Of a DNA stretch of 64,000 bases, positions 9,209 to 18,741 are shown in pieces; the stretch's first letter is position 1, and each line of letters opens with the position of its first letter. The notes under the pieces are model-generated. The model searched no databases, was not told the DNA's origin, and worked only from the letters and a program-made list of their open reading frames with translations. The translations under genes were made by a program, and so were the position numbers. This DNA is from Gammaproteobacteria bacterium. GTDB taxonomy: Bacteria; Pseudomonadota; Gammaproteobacteria; GCA-002705445; GCA-002716945. The stretch lies in NCBI GenBank assembly GCA_029246085.1, contig JAQWOB010000003.1, positions 7,608-71,607 of the forward strand, read 5' to 3'.

Positions 9209-11613
9209 TGACAGATAAGATATATGACTCATCCAACATAAAAGTCCTGAAAGGGCTTGAGGCGGTACAGAAAAGACCTGGCATGTATATCGGTGACACA
9301 GACGATGGAAGCGGTTTGCACCAGATGATATTTGAGGTCATGGATAACTCAATAGATGAGGCTTTGGCCGGCTATTGTGACACCATTGACATCATAATAC
9401 ATGAGGACCAATCTGTTACAGTTGCAGATAACGGGAGAGGTGTACCGGTTGATATGCACCCGGGTGAAAAAAAATCTGCAGCAGAAGTTATCCTTACAGT
9501 ATTGCATGCTGGTGGTAAATTTGATGATGATTCATACAAGGTGTCTGGGGGGCTGCATGGGGTTGGGGTTTCAGTTGTGAATGCATTATCAGAAACCTTA
9601 GAATTGACAGTTTATAAAGGTGGAAAAGTTTATAGCCAAGAGTACAAAGACAGTAAGCCAGTAGAAGCACTGAAAATTACGGGGGATACTGAGCTTACGG
9701 GTACAAAAATTTCATTCAAGCCAAGCAAAAAATATTTTACTCTCACAAAATATAATACTGAAACGTTAAGAAGAAGGTTTAAGGAATTAGCTTTTTTAAA
9801 TAGCGGCATAACAATAAAGTTTACTGATGAAGCGAAGTCAGTAAAAGATGAATTTAAATATGATGGCGGCATCATGGAATACATAAAAGAACTAACTAGA
9901 AAAAAAACATTAATACAAGATGAAATTGTTTACTTTAAAAGTGAAGTGAAAAATATTTCAGTTGAAATGGCAATGCTATGGAGCACAGCGTATAACGAAG
10001 AGATTTTATGTTTTACAAACAATATTCCGCAAAAGGACGGAGGAACGCACCTATCTGGTTTTAAAGCATCTCTCACTAAAACTATTAATAATGCATTTGA
10101 CAAACAGCCGGGTGTTAAAAAAGACAAGATTGATCTTACCGGTGAAGATGCTCGAGAAGGTATTACGGCAATTATTTCTGTTAAAATGTCTGATCCTAAG
10201 TTTTCATCACAAACAAAAGATAAGCTGGTTTCCTCTGAAGTTAAAGGGATAGTTGAGTCAAGTTTAAACAAGAAATTGCATGAATTTTTTGAGGAGAACC
10301 CCAAAGAACTTAAGGCGATTATTGCAAAAGTCTTTCAGGCAGCCAAGGCAAGAGAAGAGGCAAGAAAAGCAAAAGATCTCATTAGGCGTAAAGACCCATT
10401 GAGCATAGGCAACCTTCCTGGCAAGCTTGCTGACTGTCAAGAAAAAGACCCTACAAAAACTGAGCTATTTATTGTGGAGGGGGATTCAGCCGGTGGATCT
10501 GCAAAGCAGGCAAGGGACAGAAAAACACAGGCAATTTTACCCCTTAAAGGAAAAATATTAAATACTCAGCGAGCACAAGATCACAAAGTTCTTTCTTCCT
10601 CTGAAATTGCTACTTTAATTACAGCGCTGGGCTGTGGGTTTGGGGATGATGTAGATTTAGATAATTTGCGCTATGGGAAAATTATTATTATGACTGATGC
10701 AGATGTTGATGGCGCACACATAAGAACTTTGCTACTTACATTATTTGAAACTAAAATGAAGTTGCTTATAGATAATGGTCATGTTTTTATTGCTCAACCG
10801 CCACTGTACAAAATGAAAAAAGGTAAATCAGAAAGATATCTTAAAGACGACTCTGAACTGTCAGGCTTCATTAACAATGATATTTCTAATACATACAAGC
10901 TGTTCATTGACAACAAAGAAGTGTCTCAGGAAAATACCCTTGGTCTTTTAAATACTTATTCGACTATGAGCTCTATTTTAGAGCAGTTTTCTTCTAAAAG
11001 AGATAAGCATATATTACATAATCTTGCTTTTTTTGAAACCCTGTCTTTGGATACTTTAAAATCTCTTAAATTATTGACTTCTTGGTGTAAATTATTTACG
11101 CAATACGTTAATGAAAATACGCCTATTAATTTATCATTTATACTTACTCCTTCGGATGATATTTCTGAAGATAAAGTTTATTCAATTAATATTACTAAAA
11201 CAACGAATGGTGTTGTTACAGATCAGGAGCCATTAAGCAAACATTTTTTTAGTTCTGATTCTTATGCCGACCTAGTTTCTTTAAAATTTGGAGCCTATAC
11301 AGGCTCTGTTTTTACTTATGCTGACAAAAATGATGGCCCTGTGTCTAGCCCTTTTAACCTAACAGATTGTTTTAATTCACTGATTGCTGCCTCAAAAGGC
11401 TCTATTACGCTTCAGCGGTATAAAGGTCTTGGGGAAATGAATCCAAACCAACTTGAAGAGACAACTATGAACGTTAAAAGTAGAACTCTGTTAAAGGTTT
11501 TGCCTTTGGAAGATGGCAACCAGGTTGTAGTCGAACTTATGGGCGACGATGTTGAGATGAGAAAACAATTCATTAAACAAAAATACTCTTCTGTTAAAAA
11601 TTTAGACATATGA
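9208..11613 (+). CDS. gyrB: DNA gyrase subunit B.
   Basis: 801 aa. GHKL ATPase motifs (EVMDNSIDEALAGY, GGLHGVGVSVVNALS), Toprim domain (EGDSAGGSAKQARDR) and C-terminal GyrB tail. Confidence 0.97.
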   Translation: MTDKIYDSSNIKVLKGLEAVQKRPGMYIGDTDDGSGLHQMIFEVMDNSIDEALAGYCDTIDIIIHEDQSVTVADNGRGVPVDMHPGEKKSAAEVILTVLHAGGKFDDDSYKVSGGLHGVGVSVVNALSETLELTVYKGGKVYSQEYKDSKPVEALKITGDTELTGTKISFKPSKKYFTLTKYNTETLRRRFKELAFLNSGITIKFTDEAKSVKDEFKYDGGIMEYIKELTRKKTLIQDEIVYFKSEVKNISVEMAMLWSTAYNEEILCFTNNIPQKDGGTHLSGFKASLTKTINNAFDKQPGVKKDKIDLTGEDAREGITAIISVKMSDPKFSSQTKDKLVSSEVKGIVESSLNKKLHEFFEENPKELKAIIAKVFQAAKAREEARKAKDLIRRKDPLSIGNLPGKLADCQEKDPTKTELFIVEGDSAGGSAKQARDRKTQAILPLKGKILNTQRAQDHKVLSSSEIATLITALGCGFGDDVDLDNLRYGKIIIMTDADVDGAHIRTLLLTLFETKMKLLIDNGHVFIAQPPLYKMKKGKSERYLKDDSELSGFINNDISNTYKLFIDNKEVSQENTLGLLNTYSTMSSILEQFSSKRDKHILHNLAFFETLSLDTLKSLKLLTSWCKLFTQYVNENTPINLSFILTPSDDISEDKVYSINITKTTNGVVTDQEPLSKHFFSSDSYADLVSLKFGAYTGSVFTYADKNDGPVSSPFNLTDCFNSLIAASKGSITLQRYKGLGEMNPNQLEETTMNVKSRTLLKVLPLEDGNQVVVELMGDDVEMRKQFIKQKYSSVKNLDI

Positions 11614-12392
11614 TTGTTGCAACATGGAATGTAAATTCTATTAAAGTCCGTCTGCATGCAGTCTTGCAGTATTTACTAGAAGAAACCCCTGACGTACTTG
11701 TTCTTCAAGAAACAAAAAGCATCGATGAAAATTTTCCAGTATCAGCTTTTTCTGATGCTGGTTATCATGTAATTTTTTGTGGCCAAAAAACATATAATGG
11801 TGTTGCAATTATCTCTAAAGACGAACCCAAAGATGTTCACGTTAACCCTGTGTCTACAGATGAAAATGAAATGAGATCAATTTCAGCAATTTATAATGGT
11901 ATAAGAATTGTTAATCTCTATGTTGTAAATGGTCAAAATGTCGGTACCCCAAAATATGCATATAAGCTTAAATGGCTACAAAAATTAATTTCTTACACAC
12001 AGAAAGAGTTAGAAAAGACAAATGATTTAATACTTTTGGGTGACTTTAATATTGCCCCTACAGACGATGATGTTTTTGATTCTGAAATAACCCGTGGAGA
12101 AATACTTTGCTCGCCTAAAGAAAGAGAATTATTGGCTAAACTTTGTGCCTTGGGCTTGCATGACCTCTTTAATGATTATGATTACCCCTCCCAGACCTTT
12201 ACATGGTGGGATTATCGCGGCGGTGCATTTCAAAGAAATATTGGTTATAGAATTGATCTTATACTGGGGTCAAAATCTATTAAAAAACGTTGTTCAGAAT
12301 ATTTAATTGATAAAAAAACTCGACATAAGTCATGGTGCTTTGCTGAACCTAGAACATCTGACCATGTCCCTGTTAGAATTTTATTAGATTAA
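11610..12392 (+). CDS. xthA: Exodeoxyribonuclease III (Xth family), copy 1.
   Basis: 260 aa. EEP nuclease motifs MIVATWNVNSIKVR, LVLQETK and DHVPV. Overlaps the gyrB stop by 4 nt. Confidence 0.85.
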   Translation: MIVATWNVNSIKVRLHAVLQYLLEETPDVLVLQETKSIDENFPVSAFSDAGYHVIFCGQKTYNGVAIISKDEPKDVHVNPVSTDENEMRSISAIYNGIRIVNLYVVNGQNVGTPKYAYKLKWLQKLISYTQKELEKTNDLILLGDFNIAPTDDDVFDSEITRGEILCSPKERELLAKLCALGLHDLFNDYDYPSQTFTWWDYRGGAFQRNIGYRIDLILGSKSIKKRCSEYLIDKKTRHKSWCFAEPRTSDHVPVRILLD

Positions 12393-12452
12393 CTTTTTAA
12401 TAGCGGTTTGAAATTCTCTTTGTTATGATAAGGGAAAATTAGGAGATATACC

Positions 12453-13079
12453 ATGAAATCAATTATGGTCATTAATTCAAAAGGCGGTTCTGGCAAGACT
12501 ACGGTATCTGTGAACTTGGCCGCATATTGTGCCCAATTTGGCTTTAAAACAACCCTGGTTGACCTTGATCCTCAAGAATCAAGTACACAGTGGTTAGAGG
12601 CTAGACCTTTGTCCAAAGCAAAAATCCATGGAACAAAAAATTTTAATAAACCTCTTAAAAAAGAGAAAAACTCTGTTGTAATTTATGATGTGCCTGCAGC
12701 AATATATGGATCTAGACTTGACACATATGTTAAAAAAGCTGACATGATTATCGTGCCCGTGCTTCCTTCGCCTATAGACATGAAGGCCGCAAAAGTTTTT
12801 ATTCAATATCTTAGATCTATGGGCCCTGTTATTAGAAATCAAATAAAAGTAGGATTAGTAGCTAACCGCTGTAGGGCGAATACAAATATATTTTTGGAAC
12901 TGGACACATATCTTTTAAAAGAAAAGGGAATAAAATATATTACTGCTTTTAGAGATAATACGAATTACATAAGATCTGCAAGCACAGGTTTGGGTATTTT
13001 TGAGATGGGCGCAAGCGCAACTGCACAAGACCGTGAAGAATGGAAACCATTAATTAAATGGTTAGGGCTAAACTCCTAA
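12453..13079 (+). CDS. Small ParA/ParF-type (type Ib) partition-like P-loop ATPase. It is an orphan.
   Basis: 208 aa. Deviant Walker A (INSKGGSGKTTVSVNLAA) and overall co-linearity with ParF-size ParA ATPases. No parB- or parG-like partner gene is adjacent. Confidence 0.8.
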   Translation: MKSIMVINSKGGSGKTTVSVNLAAYCAQFGFKTTLVDLDPQESSTQWLEARPLSKAKIHGTKNFNKPLKKEKNSVVIYDVPAAIYGSRLDTYVKKADMIIVPVLPSPIDMKAAKVFIQYLRSMGPVIRNQIKVGLVANRCRANTNIFLELDTYLLKEKGIKYITAFRDNTNYIRSASTGLGIFEMGASATAQDREEWKPLIKWLGLNS

Positions 13080-13997
13080 GGATTTTTTTATTCCTATAGA
13101 GGCATCTTTGTATACAATGCAGCCATCAAATATTTTTTTCATTTTTTCGACATTAAGAACTCGTGACTCTTTTAAAAAGCTCAGTCTTTTTTCTGAATAT
13201 ATTTTTAGCGCCTGATTAAAAGTAATATATTTTGGTAACTCAACATTAATAGCCGCATAGACATGTTCATAATATGTTGTAGTCTTGATTGGACTCCCAT
13301 CACTCACATTAATTATTTCAATCTGATTTTCCAAAACTATTGATGCTATGCATATTCTTGCAAGGTCTTCTACATGTATTATATTTGTTATTCTGCTTTC
13401 ATTGAGATTTACCAATGGCTCTCTTAATTTAACCCTATCCACAGGAAGCCTCCCTTTCCCATATATGCCCGGCACTCTTAAAATTATTAATTTTACATTA
13501 TTCTTTTTTGAGAAATTTATTAATTGATTTTCTGCATCAACTCTTCTTCTTGCTCTTTCAGTTATTGGAGAAACTTTTGTATTTTCATCTACTTTCTTGC
13601 CCCCACAATCACCATAAACTCCGCTTGTGCTCGTATATATTATCTTTTTTATTTTTAAGGTAGAAATATTTTTTATAAAGTTACTAATTCTGTCATCTTT
13701 GCTAGACAAAGTACTTGGTGGAGCCATATAAATTACAGTACTATTTTCTGCAAATTGTAAATCTATCTTTTCTTGATCAAAATCTCTAACAATATTCTCT
13801 ATATTGGCTGGCCTATTTTTTTTAGTTCTACAAACTTCTTTCACGGAAAAATTATATTGATTTTGGAGCATAAGGTTTATTATATTCCCCCCCAAATAAC
13901 CACTGCCAGCTAAAATTAGTTTATCCATTATTATGCTCCTTGATAATTCTGATGTACTCAGGAGCTCCTTCATTATTATTAATGACCAGCGTGTCAT
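13068..13997 (-). CDS. NAD(P)-dependent epimerase/dehydratase (extended SDR) family protein.
   Basis: 309 aa with an N-terminal Rossmann motif (ILAGSGYLGGNII). Exact substrate is unknown. Lies downstream of hemCD. Confidence 0.6.
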   Translation of the reverse strand: MTRWSLIIMKELLSTSELSRSIIMDKLILAGSGYLGGNIINLMLQNQYNFSVKEVCRTKKNRPANIENIVRDFDQEKIDLQFAENSTVIYMAPPSTLSSKDDRISNFIKNISTLKIKKIIYTSTSGVYGDCGGKKVDENTKVSPITERARRRVDAENQLINFSKKNNVKLIILRVPGIYGKGRLPVDRVKLREPLVNLNESRITNIIHVEDLARICIASIVLENQIEIINVSDGSPIKTTTYYEHVYAAINVELPKYITFNQALKIYSEKRLSFLKESRVLNVEKMKKIFDGCIVYKDASIGIKKSLGV

Positions 13998-14655
13998 TTA
14001 TATTCTCCATACCTATGCCTTCTACCAGCCTCATATTTGGGATTACAAGTATATTTTTATTCTTGCTCTTAATTAGTTTTAGTTCTGAGACTAAATTTTC
14101 TAAAGCTGTTTTGCTTGAAATAATAAAGTAATTATTTACATCTTCTTTTATCAAATCTTTTAAAGTGCTTAGGTCTTCTGGTTTTCTTTTATAGACATCT
14201 ATAACTAGCACTTCATGGCCCTTTTCTTTAATTTTTTCTTCAAGATAAGCCCTTCCATCTTCACCTTTTATAATTAGAAACTTAGATTTTGCAAGAGATT
14301 TTTCTGCAATCAGGTCCAGAAGTTTTTCGCTAGAATAATTTTTTGAGGGGTGAATGGCCTCAAAAGAAAATATTTTTTTAATTTTTTCTGCACTATATTT
14401 TCCTAAGCAATATAGTTTTATTTTATTATTGCTTTTGATCTTTTGGTGAATATCAGACGAGTGGTTAATAGCGTTTTTACTTTGAAATATTATATTAACC
14501 TTGTCATTTAAAACATCTATAATCTTTGTAATATCATATTTAACTGGTAATATTTTTACTGCCATAATCTGATGAATACTAGCTTTATTTAGCATGCAGT
14601 ATTTTTGCATGTCTTTGTATATGGATATTTGTGATAGAACTATCAGATTCATCAT
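13921..14655 (-). CDS. hemD: Probable uroporphyrinogen-III synthase HemD.
   Basis: 244 aa, immediately downstream of and overlapping hemC. The call rests on size and position; sequence conservation in this family is weak. Confidence 0.55.
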   Translation of the reverse strand: MMNLIVLSQISIYKDMQKYCMLNKASIHQIMAVKILPVKYDITKIIDVLNDKVNIIFQSKNAINHSSDIHQKIKSNNKIKLYCLGKYSAEKIKKIFSFEAIHPSKNYSSEKLLDLIAEKSLAKSKFLIIKGEDGRAYLEEKIKEKGHEVLVIDVYKRKPEDLSTLKDLIKEDVNNYFIISSKTALENLVSELKLIKSKNKNILVIPNMRLVEGIGMENINDTLVINNNEGAPEYIRIIKEHNNG

Positions 14656-15566
14656 TTTTTAAGATCCAGTAAACTCTTGGCGCCTTGTTTTATGAATAGC
14701 TTTGCCATATAAGAGCCTACGCTTTCTGAATTCTTTTTTAAATCTATAATATAGGAGCTTTTAATATGCTTATTTCCATCGAGGCTTGAAACAAATGCAT
14801 CAATTTTCATACGATCATTTTTTATTGTTGCATGTGCGCCTATGGGAGACATACAGTCACCACCTATTTCTCTAACAAAATTTCTTTCTTCAGTTGCACA
14901 TTTCTCAACAATCTCGGTTTTATATTCATTTAAAATATTTTCGATATGTTTATTTTTTTTTAAGTATTCAATGCATAAAATTCCTTGTCCTGCAGATGGA
15001 ATAAATCCTTCAATAGGAATATATTCAGAAATATATTTTTTTAAAGACATTCTATGCAGGCCAGCTGCAGCTAGTATTATTCCATCAATATTTTGTTCTT
15101 CCATTTTTTTTAATCTTGTTTGAATATTTCCTCTTATTTCAACTATTTTAAAGTCTTTTGATATATTTCTTAGCATGGCAATTCGCCTTGGGCTTGAGGT
15201 TCCAATTGTTGCATCAGTTGGTAAGTCGTTCATTGTTTTATATTTTTTAGATATAAATGCATCACAGGGGTTTTCTCTATTCGATATAGTTGTTATAGAA
15301 AATTTATTTTCTAGTATCATAGGTACGTCTTTAAGCGAATGGACTGCAATGTCTGTGTCCCCACGCAACAATGATTCTTCTAACTCTTTGAGAAACAAAC
15401 CTTTTCCGCCATGTATTTTAAATTCTTTTGACGGAACTTTATCACCACTAGAAACCATTGAGACAATTTCTATTTTATTATGTTTAGAAAGCATGGAGCT
15501 TACCATTTTTGCCTGCTCTAAAGCCAGAGGACTATTTCTTGTAGCAATTCTAATTATATTTTTCAT
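14652..15566 (-). CDS. hemC: Porphobilinogen deaminase (hydroxymethylbilane synthase) HemC.
   Basis: 304 aa with the HemC N-terminus (IRIATRNSPLALEQAKMV) and the cofactor-binding Cys region (GGDCMSPIGA). Confidence 0.93.
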   Translation of the reverse strand: MKNIIRIATRNSPLALEQAKMVSSMLSKHNKIEIVSMVSSGDKVPSKEFKIHGGKGLFLKELEESLLRGDTDIAVHSLKDVPMILENKFSITTISNRENPCDAFISKKYKTMNDLPTDATIGTSSPRRIAMLRNISKDFKIVEIRGNIQTRLKKMEEQNIDGIILAAAGLHRMSLKKYISEYIPIEGFIPSAGQGILCIEYLKKNKHIENILNEYKTEIVEKCATEERNFVREIGGDCMSPIGAHATIKNDRMKIDAFVSSLDGNKHIKSSYIIDLKKNSESVGSYMAKLFIKQGAKSLLDLKK

Positions 15567-15637
15567 ATTTATAATTTTTTGTTTGTATTTATACTATACT
15601 TACTGATAAATAATGTAATTAAAAATTAACAAATATT

Positions 15638-17032
15638 ATGAAAAATGTAACTTGGTCTAGCAGATTTACAAAGCAAATTGATGCAGAGGTTTTAGATTTT
15701 AGCCAAAGCCTAAGCATTGATATTGTTCTATACGATGTTGACATTAGAGTGACATCTGCTCATGTGCAAATGTTGTCTAGTTGTGGACATATCAAGGTGT
15801 CTGAAGCAAAAGCGATTATTAAAGGCCTAAATATTGTTAAAAAGATGGCAGAAAATGATAAATTACCCTGGTCTATTGAATATGAAGATGTACATATGAA
15901 TATAGAGAATGCACTGGTTGGGATTATTGGAGATTTAGGTAAAAAGATTCATCTTGGAAGATCAAGAAATGACTTAGTGACTACAGACTTAAGATTATAT
16001 CTCAGAGATTTTATCGATCTTTATCTTCTCAAGCTTAGAGAGACTCAGTATGTTCTTGCTAACATGGCGAAAGAACATTCAGATTCATTATTCCCTGGGT
16101 TTACGCATATGCAAGTTGCGCAGCCCGTCACGTTTGGACACCATTTACTTGCTTGGAATGAGATGCTATTTAGAGATGAAACTAGACTTCTAGGTACTAG
16201 AGAAATTATGAATACGATGCCACTTGGATCAGCAGCACTATCAGGAAGTTCCTTAAAGATTGATCGGAAAATGGTTGCTAAAAGCTTAGGCTTTAAAAGT
16301 ATTACATTAAACTCTATGGATGCAGTTAGCGACAGAGACTATGTTTGTGATTTTGCCTATGCAAATAGCATGATCATGATGCATTTATCAAGGATTTCGG
16401 AAGAGCTTGTGCTATGGATGAATCCACAATTTGGTCTAATAGACTTAGACGAGGGGTTTTGTACAGGTTCATCTATTATGCCTCAAAAGAAGAACCCTGA
16501 TGTCCCAGAGTTAATTAGAGGAAAAACAGGATCAGTTTATGGTTCTTTAATGGGGCTCTTAACTTTAATGAAGGGATTGCCTTTAACATATAACAGAGAC
16601 ATGCAAGAAGATAAGACTTTAATATTAGAATCTATTGATACGACTATGAGTTGCTTAAGCTTACTGCCAAGATTAATATCTACAATGAAGTTAAATAAAA
16701 ACAAAGGGATAGAAATCGCATCAGGTTTTTTTTCAACAGCTACTGACTTGGCTGAATACTTGTCAAAAAAAGGTATGCCCTTTAGAACATCTCATCATGT
16801 AGTAGGTGATATTGTAAAATTTTGCGAGAAGAAGTCTCTGCAACTATCAGATTTAACGATTGATGAGTTAAAAGGGTTTTCAACATTAATTTCCAATGAT
16901 GTATATAAAGTTCTTGATCCAATGACATGTATAAAATCAAGGACAGGGGTTGGTGAAACTTCACCGGCATCGGTAACTAAGCAAGCAAATGCTGTATTAG
17001 CGAGGCTAAAAAAATCTGGCTTTAAAAAGTGA
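15638..17032 (+). CDS. argH: Argininosuccinate lyase.
   Basis: 464 aa with the fumarate-lyase signature GSSIMPQKKNPD and an ArgH-like N-terminus. Confidence 0.95.
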   Translation: MKNVTWSSRFTKQIDAEVLDFSQSLSIDIVLYDVDIRVTSAHVQMLSSCGHIKVSEAKAIIKGLNIVKKMAENDKLPWSIEYEDVHMNIENALVGIIGDLGKKIHLGRSRNDLVTTDLRLYLRDFIDLYLLKLRETQYVLANMAKEHSDSLFPGFTHMQVAQPVTFGHHLLAWNEMLFRDETRLLGTREIMNTMPLGSAALSGSSLKIDRKMVAKSLGFKSITLNSMDAVSDRDYVCDFAYANSMIMMHLSRISEELVLWMNPQFGLIDLDEGFCTGSSIMPQKKNPDVPELIRGKTGSVYGSLMGLLTLMKGLPLTYNRDMQEDKTLILESIDTTMSCLSLLPRLISTMKLNKNKGIEIASGFFSTATDLAEYLSKKGMPFRTSHHVVGDIVKFCEKKSLQLSDLTIDELKGFSTLISNDVYKVLDPMTCIKSRTGVGETSPASVTKQANAVLARLKKSGFKK

Positions 17033-17379
17033 ATATAAAAAATGTAGCCATAATATTATTATTTTTTAGCAATTATGCTTACTCAGCAGGCCCGCCGACA
17101 ATAGAAGAATATCAGGATAATAGTGATATAGAGGCCCATAACATGTATATATATGGACTTGAGCGTGGACTAGACTGGGCAAATGAATATATGTTTCAAA
17201 AGCATTCCATAGAAATTTATTGTAAGCCTTCGGGCCTTTCTTTGTCATCAAAGCAACTTAGAAAAATTATAGATAAGGCAATTCAGAAAAACATCACATT
17301 TTATGCTAAATATAAGAGTGTGCCTTTGGTAGGATTAGCATTGAGAAATGGATATATAGATACTTTCCCATGTAATTAG
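17029..17379 (+). CDS. Hypothetical small secreted protein with a signal peptide and two Cys.
   Basis: 116 aa with a GTG start overlapping the argH stop (GTGA). N-terminal signal peptide MNIKNVAIILLFFSNYAYS|AG. No family recognised by eye. Confidence 0.5.
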   Translation: MNIKNVAIILLFFSNYAYSAGPPTIEEYQDNSDIEAHNMYIYGLERGLDWANEYMFQKHSIEIYCKPSGLSLSSKQLRKIIDKAIQKNITFYAKYKSVPLVGLALRNGYIDTFPCN

Positions 17380-17493
17380 TAAGGAGATTATAAAATATAT
17401 TGCTCTAGACCCTAGCAGATTAAATATTTTTCTCTATAATATTATATAAGATAAATCTATAAGATTACACAAAGACAAAAAGGAGAATTAACC

Positions 17494-17850
17494 ATGGCAG
17501 AACACCCAAAACCACAAGGCGATGATATTATATTGCCAGACGGAACGGTCGTTGGTACTTGGAATGGAGATGATGTAAAAGATCTTCAGGTAGAAGTATT
17601 GCGTATAATTAAAGAACAAAAGGATGGCGGAGCTGATCGTAATAATTTACTTATCAGGTTTGGTATTCCACATTTTGACCAAACCCCTGATCATTTGAAG
17701 CCATTTATTGCATATGCACTTTGGGGCGTAGACAAAAAAGGTAATTGCCTAACTCATAGAAGAGCAGATCATTTTGAGACTGTTGAAAAAATCAATGAGA
17801 AATATGGTAGTGAAACAGCAATAGCAGCTGCCCAGAGACATAGAGATTAA
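17494..17850 (+). CDS. Hypothetical protein of 118 aa.
   Basis: Strong RBS (AAGGAGaattaaccATG) and its own -10 TATAAT upstream. Followed by a clean intrinsic terminator. Slightly higher GC than its neighbours. No recognisable domain. Confidence 0.6.
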   Translation: MAEHPKPQGDDIILPDGTVVGTWNGDDVKDLQVEVLRIIKEQKDGGADRNNLLIRFGIPHFDQTPDHLKPFIAYALWGVDKKGNCLTHRRADHFETVEKINEKYGSETAIAAAQRHRD

Positions 17851-17861
17851 AATTCTAGCTT

Positions 17862-17895
17862 AATGAGCTCTATCTAAGAGCTCATTAAATTTTTT
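17862..17895. terminator. Bidirectional rho-independent terminator between convergent genes.
   Basis: AATGAGCTC-tatcta-GAGCTCATT forms a perfect 9-bp stem followed by AAATTTTTT. It sits between the stops of the 118-aa gene (+) and the esterase gene (-). Confidence 0.6.
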
Positions 17896-18520
17896 GAAGC
17901 CATTGGATGAAACCTTCGCTTACCTCATGGGTAATTGTGTGCCCAAAATCACCAGTATGCTTAGTAAGCGCATCAGTTTTAGTTTCAAGAAAAGCTAATG
18001 TTTTTTTAAAATCACCATAACTAATTGCTTTGTCTTGATAGCCATGCGCAATAAAGATATTGTTACTCTTTAGGGGAAATTCTTTAAATTCATTAGCAGA
18101 TGGCATATAACCCGATAATGCAGCACAACCATCAATTCCATGTCTTGACTTAAACAGTAAACTTAAAGAAAGGGCTGCTCCCTGAGAAAATCCACCAACT
18201 ATAAATTTTTTGTTTTGATCGAATGATAAAGACTCAATTAAATTATCAATAGCTTCAATTGATTTGCTGAGACCATCATAATCTTCTATCAAATCACCAT
18301 TATTATTTCTAGCTGGCAAAGGATACCATGAACTTTTCCCATCTATAATTGGAGCATTAGGTATTATAATATATGCGACTTCATTCAATCTCATATTTAT
18401 TAACTTCATGGTTGGTTCAAATGACCAATTATTTGAGCCATACCCATGAAACCAAAGAATACTTACTTTAGAACTCTTCTTATTTCCAATAGTTATAAAA
18501 TCATCATTATTTAAATTCAT
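17885..18520 (-). CDS. Alpha/beta hydrolase of the carboxylesterase/phospholipase family (Abhydrolase_2-like).
   Basis: 211 aa with the nucleophile elbow GFSQG, a C-terminal His (GHTITHE) and an overall YpfH-like size. Confidence 0.75.
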   Translation of the reverse strand: MNLNNDDFITIGNKKSSKVSILWFHGYGSNNWSFEPTMKLINMRLNEVAYIIIPNAPIIDGKSSWYPLPARNNNGDLIEDYDGLSKSIEAIDNLIESLSFDQNKKFIVGGFSQGAALSLSLLFKSRHGIDGCAALSGYMPSANEFKEFPLKSNNIFIAHGYQDKAISYGDFKKTLAFLETKTDALTKHTGDFGHTITHEVSEGFIQWLQKI

Positions 18521-18546
18521 TATCAGCCTAGCAGGAATCCAATATT

Positions 18547-18732
18547 ATGACTATAATGTACCATATGTCAGAAAAAATTAATTATCTTCATAACGTGGCT
18601 CTTAAATATGTCTTGGCCATACCATTCTTGATAATTATAACATCTTGTGGAAATAAGGGTCCCTTAACCGTGCCTCAGGAAAAAATAGAAAATCCTATGG
18701 AACAGCAAGAGTCTGAAAATAATAGTTATTGA
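18547..18732 (+). CDS. lptM: Small lipoprotein, LptM (YifL/LppL)-like.
   Basis: Lipobox ITSC followed by GNKGPLTVP, matching the LptM CGxKGPL(Y/T)xP motif. Sits directly upstream of lysA-dapF-xerC as in Pseudomonas and enterobacterial synteny. The true start may be an internal Met. Confidence 0.5.
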   Translation: MTIMYHMSEKINYLHNVALKYVLAIPFLIIITSCGNKGPLTVPQEKIENPMEQQESENNSY

Positions 18733-18741
18733 GACCAATAA

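Noticed and set aside
9930-10304. 124-aa minus-strand ORF and the 96-aa plus-strand ORF at 9962-10252.
   Set aside because: Both are nested in, or out of frame with, gyrB, which has unambiguous conservation. They are shadow ORFs.
15175-15606. 143-aa plus-strand ORF.
   Set aside because: It lies entirely antisense to the well-supported hemC gene. Its composition is low-complexity and Ile/Phe-rich, typical of shadow ORFs in AT-rich DNA.
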